A DNA stretch of 32,000 nucleotides from an uncultured Halobacteroidaceae bacterium (GCA_964346395.1 CAYFUT010000014.1:1-32000), one strand, 5' to 3'; positions 24,458-31,997 are shown, counted from the first letter of the stretch. Made by a program: numbers and translations. The notes: generated by a model from the sequence alone, not told the origin.

Positions 24458-25567
24458 ATGTTCGAGTTTGGATCTGATAAGCAACAATTTGCTGATATAA
24501 AGGTAGTAGGTGTTGGTGGTGGAGGAAACAATGCTGTCAACCGGATGATTCAATCAGGTTTAAGCGGAGTAGAGTTTATAGCTGTTAATACCGATGGCCA
24601 AGCTTTAGTTTCTTCCCGAGCGGAAGTTACTTTACAGATTGGGGAAGATTTGACGGATGGATTGGGGGCTGGAGCTGACCCGGAAATCGGAGCAGAAGCA
24701 GCTGAAGAAAGTAGAGAGTTGATCAAAGATTCCCTTGAAGATTCCGATATGGTCTTTATTACTGCTGGTATGGGCGGCGGTACAGGAACTGGAGCAGCAC
24801 CGATAATTGCTAATATTTCTAAACAAGAAATTGATGCTTTAACAGTGGGGGTAGTAACTAAACCGTTTACTGTAGAAGGACGGCAGCGGATGATGAAAGC
24901 TCAAGATGGTATTGAACGGCTCAAGGAAGAAGTGGATACGTTAATTGTAATTCCTAATGATAGATTATTGGATGTAGTAGAAAAGAAGACAAGTTTAGTT
25001 GATGCCTTTAAGACTGCTGATGATGTATTACGGCAGGGTGTACAGGGGATTTCTGATTTAATTACTATTACTGGTTTGATTAACCTTGACTTTGCTGATG
25101 TAAAGACAATTATGACTGATGCCGGTTCTGCGTTAATGGGGATTGGAACTGCTACCGGAGAAGATAGAGCTGTAGAAGCGGCTAAATCGGCTATTGATTC
25201 ACCTTTGCTGGAAGCTTCGATTGATGGTGCCCAGGGGGTATTGCTGAACATTACTGGTGGTGATGATTTAGGGCTGCATGAGGCCAATGAGTCAGCACAG
25301 GTAATTTCGGAAGTAGCTGATTCGGAAGCTAATATTATTTTAGGTTCCGTAGTAGATGAAAGTTTAGAAGAGGAAGTAAAAGTAACAGTGATTGCTACTG
25401 GTTTTGACCGGGAGAAGCAGGAGAGTACTGCCGAAGCGGAGCCTCCGATTGAAGAAGAAATAGTTGAGGAAGAAGAGGAGACTGCTGGTGATGAACTGAA
25501 TATGGATTCTTTTCAGGATAATGATTTAGATATACCTGCTTTTTTACGAAAAAATAAAAAGCTTTGA
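24458..25567 (+). CDS. ftsZ: Cell division GTPase FtsZ
   Basis: [13 protein letters not shown] and tubulin signature [12 protein letters not shown]. Acidic linker and C-terminal peptide [10 protein letters not shown]. Confidence 0.97.
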   Translation: MFEFGSDKQQFADIKVVGVGGGGNNAVNRMIQSGLSGVEFIAVNTDGQALVSSRAEVTLQIGEDLTDGLGAGADPEIGAEAAEESRELIKDSLEDSDMVFITAGMGGGTGTGAAPIIANISKQEIDALTVGVVTKPFTVEGRQRMMKAQDGIERLKEEVDTLIVIPNDRLLDVVEKKTSLVDAFKTADDVLRQGVQGISDLITITGLINLDFADVKTIMTDAGSALMGIGTATGEDRAVEAAKSAIDSPLLEASIDGAQGVLLNITGGDDLGLHEANESAQVISEVADSEANIILGSVVDESLEEEVKVTVIATGFDREKQESTAEAEPPIEEEIVEEEEETAGDELNMDSFQDNDLDIPAFLRKNKKL

Positions 25568-25570
25568 TTT

Positions 25571-25608
25571 AATCTCGATGCCGTTATGGTATCGAGATTT
25601 TTTATTTC
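25571..25608 (+). terminator. Intrinsic terminator after ftsZ
   Basis: AATCTCGAT (25571-25579) pairs with ATCGAGATT (25591-25599), followed by TTTTTATTT. Confidence 0.8.
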
Positions 25609-25612
25609 GACA
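25606..25612 (-). promoter_or_regulatory. Candidate Spo0A box upstream of spoIIGA
   Basis: TTCGACA is the reverse complement of TGTCGAA, matching the 0A-box consensus TGNCGAA. A TATAAT lies at 25686-25691, 34 nt before the spoIIGA ATG. Confidence 0.3.
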
Positions 25613-25724
25613 AATTTTTCTATAAAAATATAAAAAAGATTATTTTCTTTATTTTTTTTCAGTTATAGTTGGGCTAAAAATAAAATATAATGAATAATAC
25701 GGGAAGGCTGGGATAGCTGCTACA

Positions 25725-26636
25725 ATGACCTTTGTTGTTTATCTGGATTTGTTGGTGTTAATTAATTTATTGATGAATTATATACTTCTGTGGGCGACAG
25801 CGAAATTATCGAATTTAAGTTATAAAGTGTGGCGTTTATTCATAACTTCTTTATTGGGTACGGGCTATACTATATTAGTTATTTTACCTCAATTTAGCTT
25901 TTTAAATCGCATTCCTGTTCACTTACTTATCTCAGGTATAATGATTATAGCAGCCTTTGCTCCTTTAACGGGCAAAAATTTAGTGAAAGCAGTTAGTTAC
26001 TTTTATTTAATAACCTTTGTAACTGCCGGAGCTATATTTGCCCTGTATAATATGACTGGTAAGACGCCGTTAGATAGTTTAGCGCAAGTTTTAAAACTTT
26101 CACCAGATAACTTATGGCTGATAATTTGTGGAGTGCTACTGGTGATTATAATTGGTAAATTTGGCTGGCGTGTAATTCAACAGAAATTATTACCTAATAT
26201 ATTTTATATTCCAATTAAAATATATTTTGGTGGAGCCAATAAAGAAATAATGGCCTTAGTAGATACGGGAAATCAGCTTCGTGATCCATTGACTAATACG
26301 CCAGTAATAGTAGTAGAAGCAGAAGCAATTTTGGAGTTGATGCCGCCGCGAATTAAAGAAGGTTTCCGCCAATATAATTATAGTAGTGACCAATTACTAG
26401 AAGAGGTTGTGGATACTGCCTGGGCTGATAGGTTTAGATTGATTCCTTTTTCTTCTATTGGTAAAGAACAGGGGATGTTAGTGGGGTTTAGGCCTGATGA
26501 AGTGGTGATTAAAACTGAAGATAGTACCTTTACTACTCAGCAGGTAGTGATTGGCTTACAGGCTAATAGTCTTGACAATAGTGCTAATTATCAGGCGCTG
26601 TTGAATCCGCAAATTTTTAAATCTGCCCATTATTGA
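25725..26636 (+). CDS. spoIIGA: Sporulation sigma-E processing protease SpoIIGA
   Basis: Five N-terminal TM segments starting [22 protein letters not shown]. Aspartic protease motif [13 protein letters not shown]. Immediately upstream of sigE. Confidence 0.9.
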   Translation: MTFVVYLDLLVLINLLMNYILLWATAKLSNLSYKVWRLFITSLLGTGYTILVILPQFSFLNRIPVHLLISGIMIIAAFAPLTGKNLVKAVSYFYLITFVTAGAIFALYNMTGKTPLDSLAQVLKLSPDNLWLIICGVLLVIIIGKFGWRVIQQKLLPNIFYIPIKIYFGGANKEIMALVDTGNQLRDPLTNTPVIVVEAEAILELMPPRIKEGFRQYNYSSDQLLEEVVDTAWADRFRLIPFSSIGKEQGMLVGFRPDEVVIKTEDSTFTTQQVVIGLQANSLDNSANYQALLNPQIFKSAHY

Positions 26637-26647
26637 GGAGGGATAAG

Positions 26648-27385
26648 ATGGATTCTGTCTTTTTGCAGTTGAAGTGGAAGATTAGATTAGTAGTGATTAA
26701 AATGTTACAAGTGTTAGGCTTTTATAAAGCCGAAAAAATATTATACGTAGGAAGCAGTAAGGCTTTGCCTCCACCCTTATCAAATCAGGAGGAAAAATTC
26801 TTATTAGCTAAGCTAGAAGAAGGTGATAAAACGGTTCGAAGTGTGTTAATTGAACGGAATTTAAGGTTGGTAGTCTATATTGCTCGTAAATATGAGAATA
26901 CAGGGATTGATATTGAAGATTTAGTTTCTATTGGTACAATCGGTTTAATTAAAGCAGTTAACACCTTTGATGTGAGCAAAAATATTAAATTAGCTACTTA
27001 TGCTTCTCGCTGTATTGAGAATGAAATTTTGATGTACCTGCGGAAAAATAATAAGAAAAAGTCAGAAGTTTCTTTTGATGAGCCGTTAAATGTAGACTGG
27101 GACGGCAATGAACTTAAACTGTCCGATGTGTTGGGGACGGATATGGATCTTATTTATAAGTATATTGAAGAAGAGGTTGACCGCGAGTTGTTGGCGGAAG
27201 CTATGGAAATATTAACGGAACGAGAACGGAAGATTATGGTACTCAGATTTGGTTTGAATGAAGAAAATAAAGAATTAACTCAGAAAGAAGTAGCTGAGAT
27301 TTTAGGCATTTCGCAGTCCTATATTTCCCGCTTAGAAAAGAAAATTATTAAGAAATTACAGAAAAGAGTAGAACAGATGAAATAA
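26648..27385 (+). CDS. sigE: Sporulation sigma factor SigE (pro-sigma-E)
   Basis: ATG 26648 after GAGGAGGG (the ORF-track TTG 26633 is less likely). Pro-sequence followed by [13 protein letters not shown], region 2 [18 protein letters not shown], region 4 [22 protein letters not shown]. Adjacent to spoIIGA. Confidence 0.92.
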   Translation: MDSVFLQLKWKIRLVVIKMLQVLGFYKAEKILYVGSSKALPPPLSNQEEKFLLAKLEEGDKTVRSVLIERNLRLVVYIARKYENTGIDIEDLVSIGTIGLIKAVNTFDVSKNIKLATYASRCIENEILMYLRKNNKKKSEVSFDEPLNVDWDGNELKLSDVLGTDMDLIYKYIEEEVDRELLAEAMEILTERERKIMVLRFGLNEENKELTQKEVAEILGISQSYISRLEKKIIKKLQKRVEQMK

Positions 27386-27580
27386 AGGTTTGTTAGCAGG
27401 AGAAGGCGGAAGCCAACAGCCCCCGCCCATCTCCGCTAGTGGAAAGGTAGTAGGGGGGAGGAAAAAATTAAGATCTAGATAACTCTTGGGATTGAAGGAT
27501 TAAATTTAGTTGTGACGCGAGCAAAGTGAAGCTAATATTTTTGCTGAGAATCCTATGATAGAAGCAGAGGGGGGGACTAA

Positions 27581-28747
27581 ATGAGCCAGAAAATGCTGCA
27601 GGTATATGGCTTAGGGTCGTTTTATATTAAATTAAACGGAGAGAAACTAAGTGTAGATGATTGGCGGTCCAGTAAGGCGCTGAAATTGTTCCAATATTTA
27701 TTAGTTAACTTCGGGAATAGTATAAATAGTGAACGAATCATCGGCAAGTTATGGTCGGACTGCAGTTTAGAAGCAGGCCGCTCTAGATTGTATGATACGA
27801 TTTATCGGCTACGGCAGATAATAGACCAGGAAGAGGGAACAAGTTATGTGCTGAAAACTTCTGCTGGATATATGTTGAATTCAGATAAAAATTATTGGTT
27901 TGACTGGCGTCAGTTTGAAAAGATTTGGAATCGGTATGATCAGCGGATTACTGAGCAAAATGAGGAAACGATTGCAGAGGAAGCAGAAAAATTGGAGTCA
28001 GCAGTAGAAATTTACCGTGGCGAATTTATGGAGAATACTCTTGATGAATGGGTGATGGAATACAGGACTTATTACCGCCAAATACTGCTTAAGTTCATTA
28101 AGGCTTTGAGTATTTTGCTGCCTCAATTAGGGGAGATTGAGCAGGCCCTTGATTATTTACAGTACGGTCGCCAAAAGGATCCGCTAAAGAAAGATTTTTA
28201 TCTGCAGGCGATTAAGCTATTAACACGGGAAGGTAGAGTTTCTAAAGCCTACTTACTGTATGAAAAGTATGAGGAAACATTAGAAAAAGAATTGGGGATA
28301 GTTCCCTCGCAAGAATTAGAAGATATTTACGATCAGTTAATTAGTAGTCAGAGAGAAGAAAAACATGATTATGATATAGGAACTAATAAAGAGATAGCAG
28401 AAGATTTATTGGGAGCTATGGTTTGTGACCCACCAGTTTTTAACCGAATTTATGAGCTGCGCCGGCGGGATGCAATGCGGCTGGGGATTTCTTGTACTGT
28501 GTTGGAGATACGATTTGAAGCTATAAGTGATAAGGAACAGTTGGCTGAATTTATTGTTGAAATAAGTAATAAATTAAGAACAGTAGATGTACTTTGTAAG
28601 GAAGAGAATATTATTTATATTCTGCTCTATGATGCGCTGGTAAAGGACAGCAACCAAATTTCACAGCGGCTGCTTGATTCGGTATCTTTAAACAAAATTG
28701 GTGATAATCCGCAGTTAGAGTGGAAAGAAGTGTTTGTTTCGGAATAA
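27581..28747 (+). CDS. SARP/BTAD-family transcriptional regulator (winged helix + BTAD) with an uncharacterised C-terminal domain of about 110 aa
   Basis: N-terminal OmpR-type winged helix pattern (LQVYGLGSFYIKLNGEKLSVDDWRSSKALKLFQYLL...LWSD...RLYDTIYRLRQ). BTAD pattern (AVEIYRGEFMEN...DEW...DPLKKDFYLQAIKLL...YEKYEETLEKELGIVPSQEL). RBS GAGGGGGGG. Confidence 0.8.
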   Translation: MSQKMLQVYGLGSFYIKLNGEKLSVDDWRSSKALKLFQYLLVNFGNSINSERIIGKLWSDCSLEAGRSRLYDTIYRLRQIIDQEEGTSYVLKTSAGYMLNSDKNYWFDWRQFEKIWNRYDQRITEQNEETIAEEAEKLESAVEIYRGEFMENTLDEWVMEYRTYYRQILLKFIKALSILLPQLGEIEQALDYLQYGRQKDPLKKDFYLQAIKLLTREGRVSKAYLLYEKYEETLEKELGIVPSQELEDIYDQLISSQREEKHDYDIGTNKEIAEDLLGAMVCDPPVFNRIYELRRRDAMRLGISCTVLEIRFEAISDKEQLAEFIVEISNKLRTVDVLCKEENIIYILLYDALVKDSNQISQRLLDSVSLNKIGDNPQLEWKEVFVSE

Positions 28748-28761
28748 TATAAAAAAATTTC

Positions 28762-28817
28762 TAATCGAGATTTAATCGAGTTAAATTAGAAACTTAATAG
28801 AGACCCCATGTTATAAT
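28762..28817 (+). promoter_or_regulatory. Four 11-nt phased direct repeats (TAATCGAG type) followed by an extended -10 element; candidate SARP-dependent promoter
   Basis: TAATCGAGATT, TAATCGAGTTA, AATTAGAAACT, TAATAGAGACC (28762-28805), then TGTTATAAT (28809-28817). No -35 hexamer at the expected position. Confidence 0.4.
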
Positions 28818-28828
28818 ATACTTGACGA

Positions 28829-28956
28829 GGATAGATGAGGGATAGGAAATAATTTATAGATATCCAACTCTAAAATGAAAGTCAGGTAAAAATCCCCATC
28901 TATCCCCGGGCAGATTTTAAAGGAATAAATAAAGTTTTAGGGTTGGATGTCTATAA
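28829..28956 (+). promoter_or_regulatory. Structured leader candidate: two long interlocking helices (A/A' 13-14 bp, B/B' 23 bp)
   Basis: A 28829-28843 pairs with A' 28892-28905 (one bulged A). B 28854-28876 pairs with B' 28934-28956 (no mismatches, three G-U pairs). The order A-B-A'-B' is pseudoknot-like. Confidence 0.4.
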
Positions 28957-29016
28957 TAGGAGCCTATAAGTAATACAATAATTTTAACTAACTAAACACG
29001 GGAGGTAGTTTTCTTA

Positions 29017-29340
29017 ATGAAGTTAACTTCTAAAGGATTAATGACCAGTACTGAACTAATGGAAGAATTGTTTGCGATGGAGGAAAAGATGATTCATAAT
29101 TTATCGGAAAAGAGCAGATATGAAGCAATTTATGAACATTTAACTTCGGAAAAAGGGGCGCAAGTATTAGATAATAAGGATAATAATTATGGAGATTATA
29201 CAGTACTGGAGTGTGAAGGAGAAATTTACTTAATTCCTGATGAGATTTTTGATGAGTCAGATGAAGAGTGGTTAGAATTGATAGATACTGAGGAAGAAGA
29301 GGAGATTGAGTCTCGACCAGCACAAGTAGTTTCTGTTTAA
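29017..29340 (+). CDS. Hypothetical small, very acidic protein (107 aa)
   Basis: GGGAGG 11 nt upstream of the ATG. Asp/Glu-rich C-terminal half (DEIFDESDEEWLELIDTEEEEEIE). Followed by a strong terminator. No family recognised. Confidence 0.6.
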   Translation: MKLTSKGLMTSTELMEELFAMEEKMIHNLSEKSRYEAIYEHLTSEKGAQVLDNKDNNYGDYTVLECEGEIYLIPDEIFDESDEEWLELIDTEEEEEIESRPAQVVSV

Positions 29341-29364
29341 AAGTGGATATTCTCTCCCCCTTGC

Positions 29365-29398
29365 GGCTTCTGCTGACAGCAGAAGCCATTTTTTTTTT
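29365..29398 (+). terminator. Intrinsic terminator after the acidic ORF
   Basis: GGCTTCTGCTG/CAGCAGAAGCC near-perfect hairpin (29365-29387), followed by A and a run of 10 T. Confidence 0.85.
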
Positions 29399-29513
29399 AG
29401 ATTTTAGAGTTAAATATTCATAAGTCAGTATTATTTGGTAAAGATAAGGAAATAATAAATAAAGTAAGGATGGATATGTAATTAATTTAAATTGTGCGTA
29501 AGTAGGTGATAAA

Positions 29514-30470
29514 ATGTTTTGGCAGCAGTTTGAAGTAATTGAAACCGAAATGAAGCAGTTTGAAAGTTTTTTATTGGCCAATTTAGACAGTAAACAGCCT
29601 GTGCTGCACAACTCCATTTCTAATCTGGCGCAAGCGGGAGGGAAACGAATTCGACCAGCCCTTATAATTGCTACTGCTTACTTTGGGGAGTATAATCGAG
29701 CTACAGTTTGGCCCGTGGCTGCCGCAATAGAGATATTACATATGGCTACTTTAGTTCACGATGATATTATAGATGAAGCAGAATTAAGGCGGGGCGAAGA
29801 GGCTGTTCAATCTAAATACGGGAAAGATACTGCCGTATTTGCCGGGGATTATTTATTTAGTTTAACTTTTGATATTTTAGCCGGAACAGTAGATAGCGAA
29901 CGAATAAAACAAGTAGTAGACATTATAAAAAAAGTCTGTGAAGGAGAGATTCAACAGTACCAGACTAGATATCAAGCAGATATTTCTTATAAAGATTATT
30001 TTAAATTGGTAAAGCAGAAAACTGCCGTATTATTTGCAGAATGTTGTCTGTTAGGAGGGCAGCTAGGTAATTTAGCGGAAGAAAAAGTAAAGCATTTAGG
30101 CCGTTTCGGCCGTTATCTGGGAATGGCTTTCCAGCTAACTGATGATGTGTTAGACTTTAGCGAAGATAAGAACCAACTAGGTAAATTGGTTACTAATGAT
30201 TTTACGCAGGGAATATATACACTGCCAATTTTATATGTATTACGGGAGACTAATAGAGGTTCTCAACTAGAGGAATTACTAGCTTTTCCCCAGGCTAACC
30301 AGGCAGAAATAAAGGAGATGATTGCTGAGCAGGGGGGAGTAGATTATGCTCTCCAAGTAGCGGAGAAGTATGTTCGTAAAGCCCAGACGGAACTGAAAAG
30401 GTTACCCGCCAATCAGTATCGTGATTTGCTTAATAAATTAGCAGAAAAAGTAGTTACTAGGCAATTTTAA
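29514..30470 (+). CDS. Trans-polyprenyl diphosphate synthase (heptaprenyl/octaprenyl-type, HepT/IspB-like)
   Basis: First Asp-rich motif LVHDDIIDEAELRRG and second FQLTDDVLDF. Length and pattern fit medium/long-chain prenyl diphosphate synthases. Chain length cannot be read from sequence alone. Confidence 0.85.
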   Translation: MFWQQFEVIETEMKQFESFLLANLDSKQPVLHNSISNLAQAGGKRIRPALIIATAYFGEYNRATVWPVAAAIEILHMATLVHDDIIDEAELRRGEEAVQSKYGKDTAVFAGDYLFSLTFDILAGTVDSERIKQVVDIIKKVCEGEIQQYQTRYQADISYKDYFKLVKQKTAVLFAECCLLGGQLGNLAEEKVKHLGRFGRYLGMAFQLTDDVLDFSEDKNQLGKLVTNDFTQGIYTLPILYVLRETNRGSQLEELLAFPQANQAEIKEMIAEQGGVDYALQVAEKYVRKAQTELKRLPANQYRDLLNKLAEKVVTRQF

Positions 30471-30474
30471 ACAT

Positions 30475-30503
30475 TTGACAAATAGAAGACCGTAGGATAT
30501 AAT
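30475..30503 (+). promoter_or_regulatory. Consensus sigma-A promoter for the riboswitch-btuF transcript
   Basis: TTGACA (30475-30480), exactly 17 nt, TATAAT (30498-30503). Confidence 0.7.
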
Positions 30504-30546
30504 TTAACCAAGATTGTTAAAATAAACTTAACTTATAGTTTAATAC

Positions 30547-30717
30547 TTTATCAGGTGCCCCTGACTACGGTCAGGGGAGAATAGGGAATCAGGTGTAAAA
30601 CCTGAACGGGCCCGCCACTGTAACTAGCTATTAATTTAAGTTTCACTCCGGATTAAAAATAACCGGGGGAAGGAACTTAAAGTAATCAGCTGGGAGTCAG
30701 GAGACCTGCCTGATAAA
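30547..30717 (+). promoter_or_regulatory. Cobalamin (B12) riboswitch aptamer
   Basis: P1 TTATCAGG.../...CCTGATAA. Conserved core GGTGC...AATAGGGAATCAGGTGTAAAACCTGAACGGGCCCGCCACTGTAA and B12 box GAGTCAGGAGACCTGCC. Confidence 0.9.
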
Positions 30718-30755
30718 AGTTAGCTGTTATCTATCTTCGGAAGCAAGATAGAGGT

Positions 30756-30795
30756 CCTGACCGGGACTAGGCCTCTGGTCAGGTTTTTTATATTT
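30756..30795 (+). terminator. Riboswitch expression-platform terminator
   Basis: CCTGACC (30756-30762) pairs with GGTCAGG (30777-30783), extendable by inner pairs, followed by TTTTTTATATTTTTT. Confidence 0.7.
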
Positions 30796-30857
30796 TTTGT
30801 TGGGCTATTAAGGCAATTTTAATAGGCTGTTTATTAATTATGTACGGGGGGGTTTAT

Positions 30858-31781
30858 ATGTTAATGCGAAGAAACAGAATTATGCTGTTAGCTATTTTAT
30901 TTTTATTGTTAATTAGTTTTTCAGTGGGAGCTGAAGGTAGTTTTCCGGTGGAGGTAACTGATGATTTGGAAAGACAGATAATGATCAAGCAGCAGCCGGA
31001 GCGGATTATTTCTTTAGCCCCCAGTCATACGGAAACTTTATTTGCTTTAGATTTAGAGGAACGGATAGTGGGAGTTACTGATTATGCTAATTATCCGCAG
31101 GAAGCTCAAGAAAAGGCGAGTGTGGGAAGTATTAGGGAACCTAATGTAGAAAGGATAGTTGAGCTGAAGCCAGATTTAGTATTGGCAGCTGCTGTGACGC
31201 CGAAGACAGTTGTGGAGAAGTTAACGCAGTTAGATATTACAGTAGTAGGTTTAGCTCCGAATACAGTAACGGAAATTATTGAAGATATTTCGCTGATTGG
31301 TAAGTTGACTGGTCAGGTAGAAGAAGGGCGAAAGTTAACGGTTAACCTACAGAAGAGAAAAAAAGAAGTAGGGGAGACGGTAGAGGAAAATGTTACTTCT
31401 GAGGAACAACCGGAGGTATTTTATGAGGTCTGGAAGCAGCCTCTGCGGACGGCTGGGTCCGGGACATTTATTGATAACTTAATACAGTTAGCAGGAGGAG
31501 TTAATATTGCTCATGATGCTCAGCAGCAGTGGCCGCAGTACAGTTTTGAACAGCTGTTAGCTGATAATCCCGATGTTTATCTGTCTACTCCTCACAGCTG
31601 GAAGAGCGAAGTTACTGTGGAAACAATTAAGCAGCGGGAAAATTTCCAGCAACTAAAAGCTATTGAGGAAGAACGGATTTATATTTTGAGCCAGGATATT
31701 GTTAATCGGGCGGGGCCGAGAATTATAGATGCATTAGAAAAAATAGCTGCAGCTTTACATCCAAAATTGTTCAAAAATTAA
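30858..31781 (+). CDS. BtuF-like periplasmic cobalamin/siderophore-type ABC substrate-binding protein
   Basis: Directly downstream of the B12 riboswitch. ATG 30858 follows a GGGGGG run (ATG 30840 is an in-frame alternative). Signal peptide ...ISFSVGA|EG with no lipobox Cys. Motifs RIISLAPSHTETLFAL, GVTDYANYP and PDLVL are typical of the cluster A-2 binding-protein family. Confidence 0.8.
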   Translation: MLMRRNRIMLLAILFLLLISFSVGAEGSFPVEVTDDLERQIMIKQQPERIISLAPSHTETLFALDLEERIVGVTDYANYPQEAQEKASVGSIREPNVERIVELKPDLVLAAAVTPKTVVEKLTQLDITVVGLAPNTVTEIIEDISLIGKLTGQVEEGRKLTVNLQKRKKEVGETVEENVTSEEQPEVFYEVWKQPLRTAGSGTFIDNLIQLAGGVNIAHDAQQQWPQYSFEQLLADNPDVYLSTPHSWKSEVTVETIKQRENFQQLKAIEEERIYILSQDIVNRAGPRIIDALEKIAAALHPKLFKN

Positions 31782-31795
31782 TTTAAAATGTAGAA

Positions 31796-31997
31796 ACATG
31801 ATATAGATGTCCAATGCTAGAGTGAAAGCTATTAACAGACCGGGGGCAGGTGGGTATTTTACCTTCAGGAAAACTTTTTTGTTCATTCCATACCAGATAA
31901 GCTGAAATAAAAAAGTTCTTTTTTGCCCGATTTCAGCCCCCCGGTCAAATTTTAGAGAATAAATTATGTTTTAAAGTTAGATCACTATATATCATGT
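31796..31997. repeat. Nested inverted repeats downstream of the btuF-like gene, cut by the window end
   Basis: Outer ACATGATATA (31796-31805) pairs with TATATCATGT (31988-31997). Inner GACCGGGGG (31838-31846) pairs with CCCCCGGTC (31938-31946). Innermost GCTGAAAT (31901-31908) pairs with ATTTCAGC (31930-31937). Confidence 0.6.

Noticed and set aside
832-25287. About twenty minus-strand ORFs of 63-128 aa from the ORF track (for example 832-1050, 3060-3335, 3648-3887, 4110-4460, 6139-6480, 7202-7426, 14611-14907, 16346-16648, 18754-18990, 23651-24019, 24901-25287)
   Set aside because: Each lies antisense inside a + strand gene with strong family motifs. They have low-complexity Ser/Ile/Leu/Phe-rich translations typical of antisense frames in AT-rich DNA, and I saw no RBS in those I checked.
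25571-25599. ATCGAGATT in the ftsZ terminator is identical to part of the first TAATCGAGATT repeat (28764-28772); possible second SARP site
   Set aside because: Here the sequence is simply one arm of a 9-bp terminator stem followed by a T-run. There is no 11-nt phased second copy, and a 9-nt match is compatible with chance.
27394-27438. GC-rich imperfect hairpin after sigE as an intrinsic terminator
   Set aside because: The stem is interrupted (4+5+5 bp with internal loops) and is not followed by a U-tract. It is mentioned only as context.
27555-27584. 9-codon upstream ORF (MIEAEGGTK) whose TGA overlaps the ATG of the SARP-like gene
   Set aside because: It has no RBS of its own. Its purine-rich codons are the GAGGGGGGG ribosome-binding site of the regulator gene, so translational coupling is not supported.
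29030-29617. 195-aa minus-strand ORF overlapping the acidic ORF, its terminator and the start of the prenyl synthase gene
   Set aside because: It would read through the strong + strand terminator hairpin and overlap two + strand genes. The translation is low-complexity (Leu/Ser/Tyr/Pro-rich) and has no RBS. The + strand ORF has an RBS and a terminator, so it is preferred.
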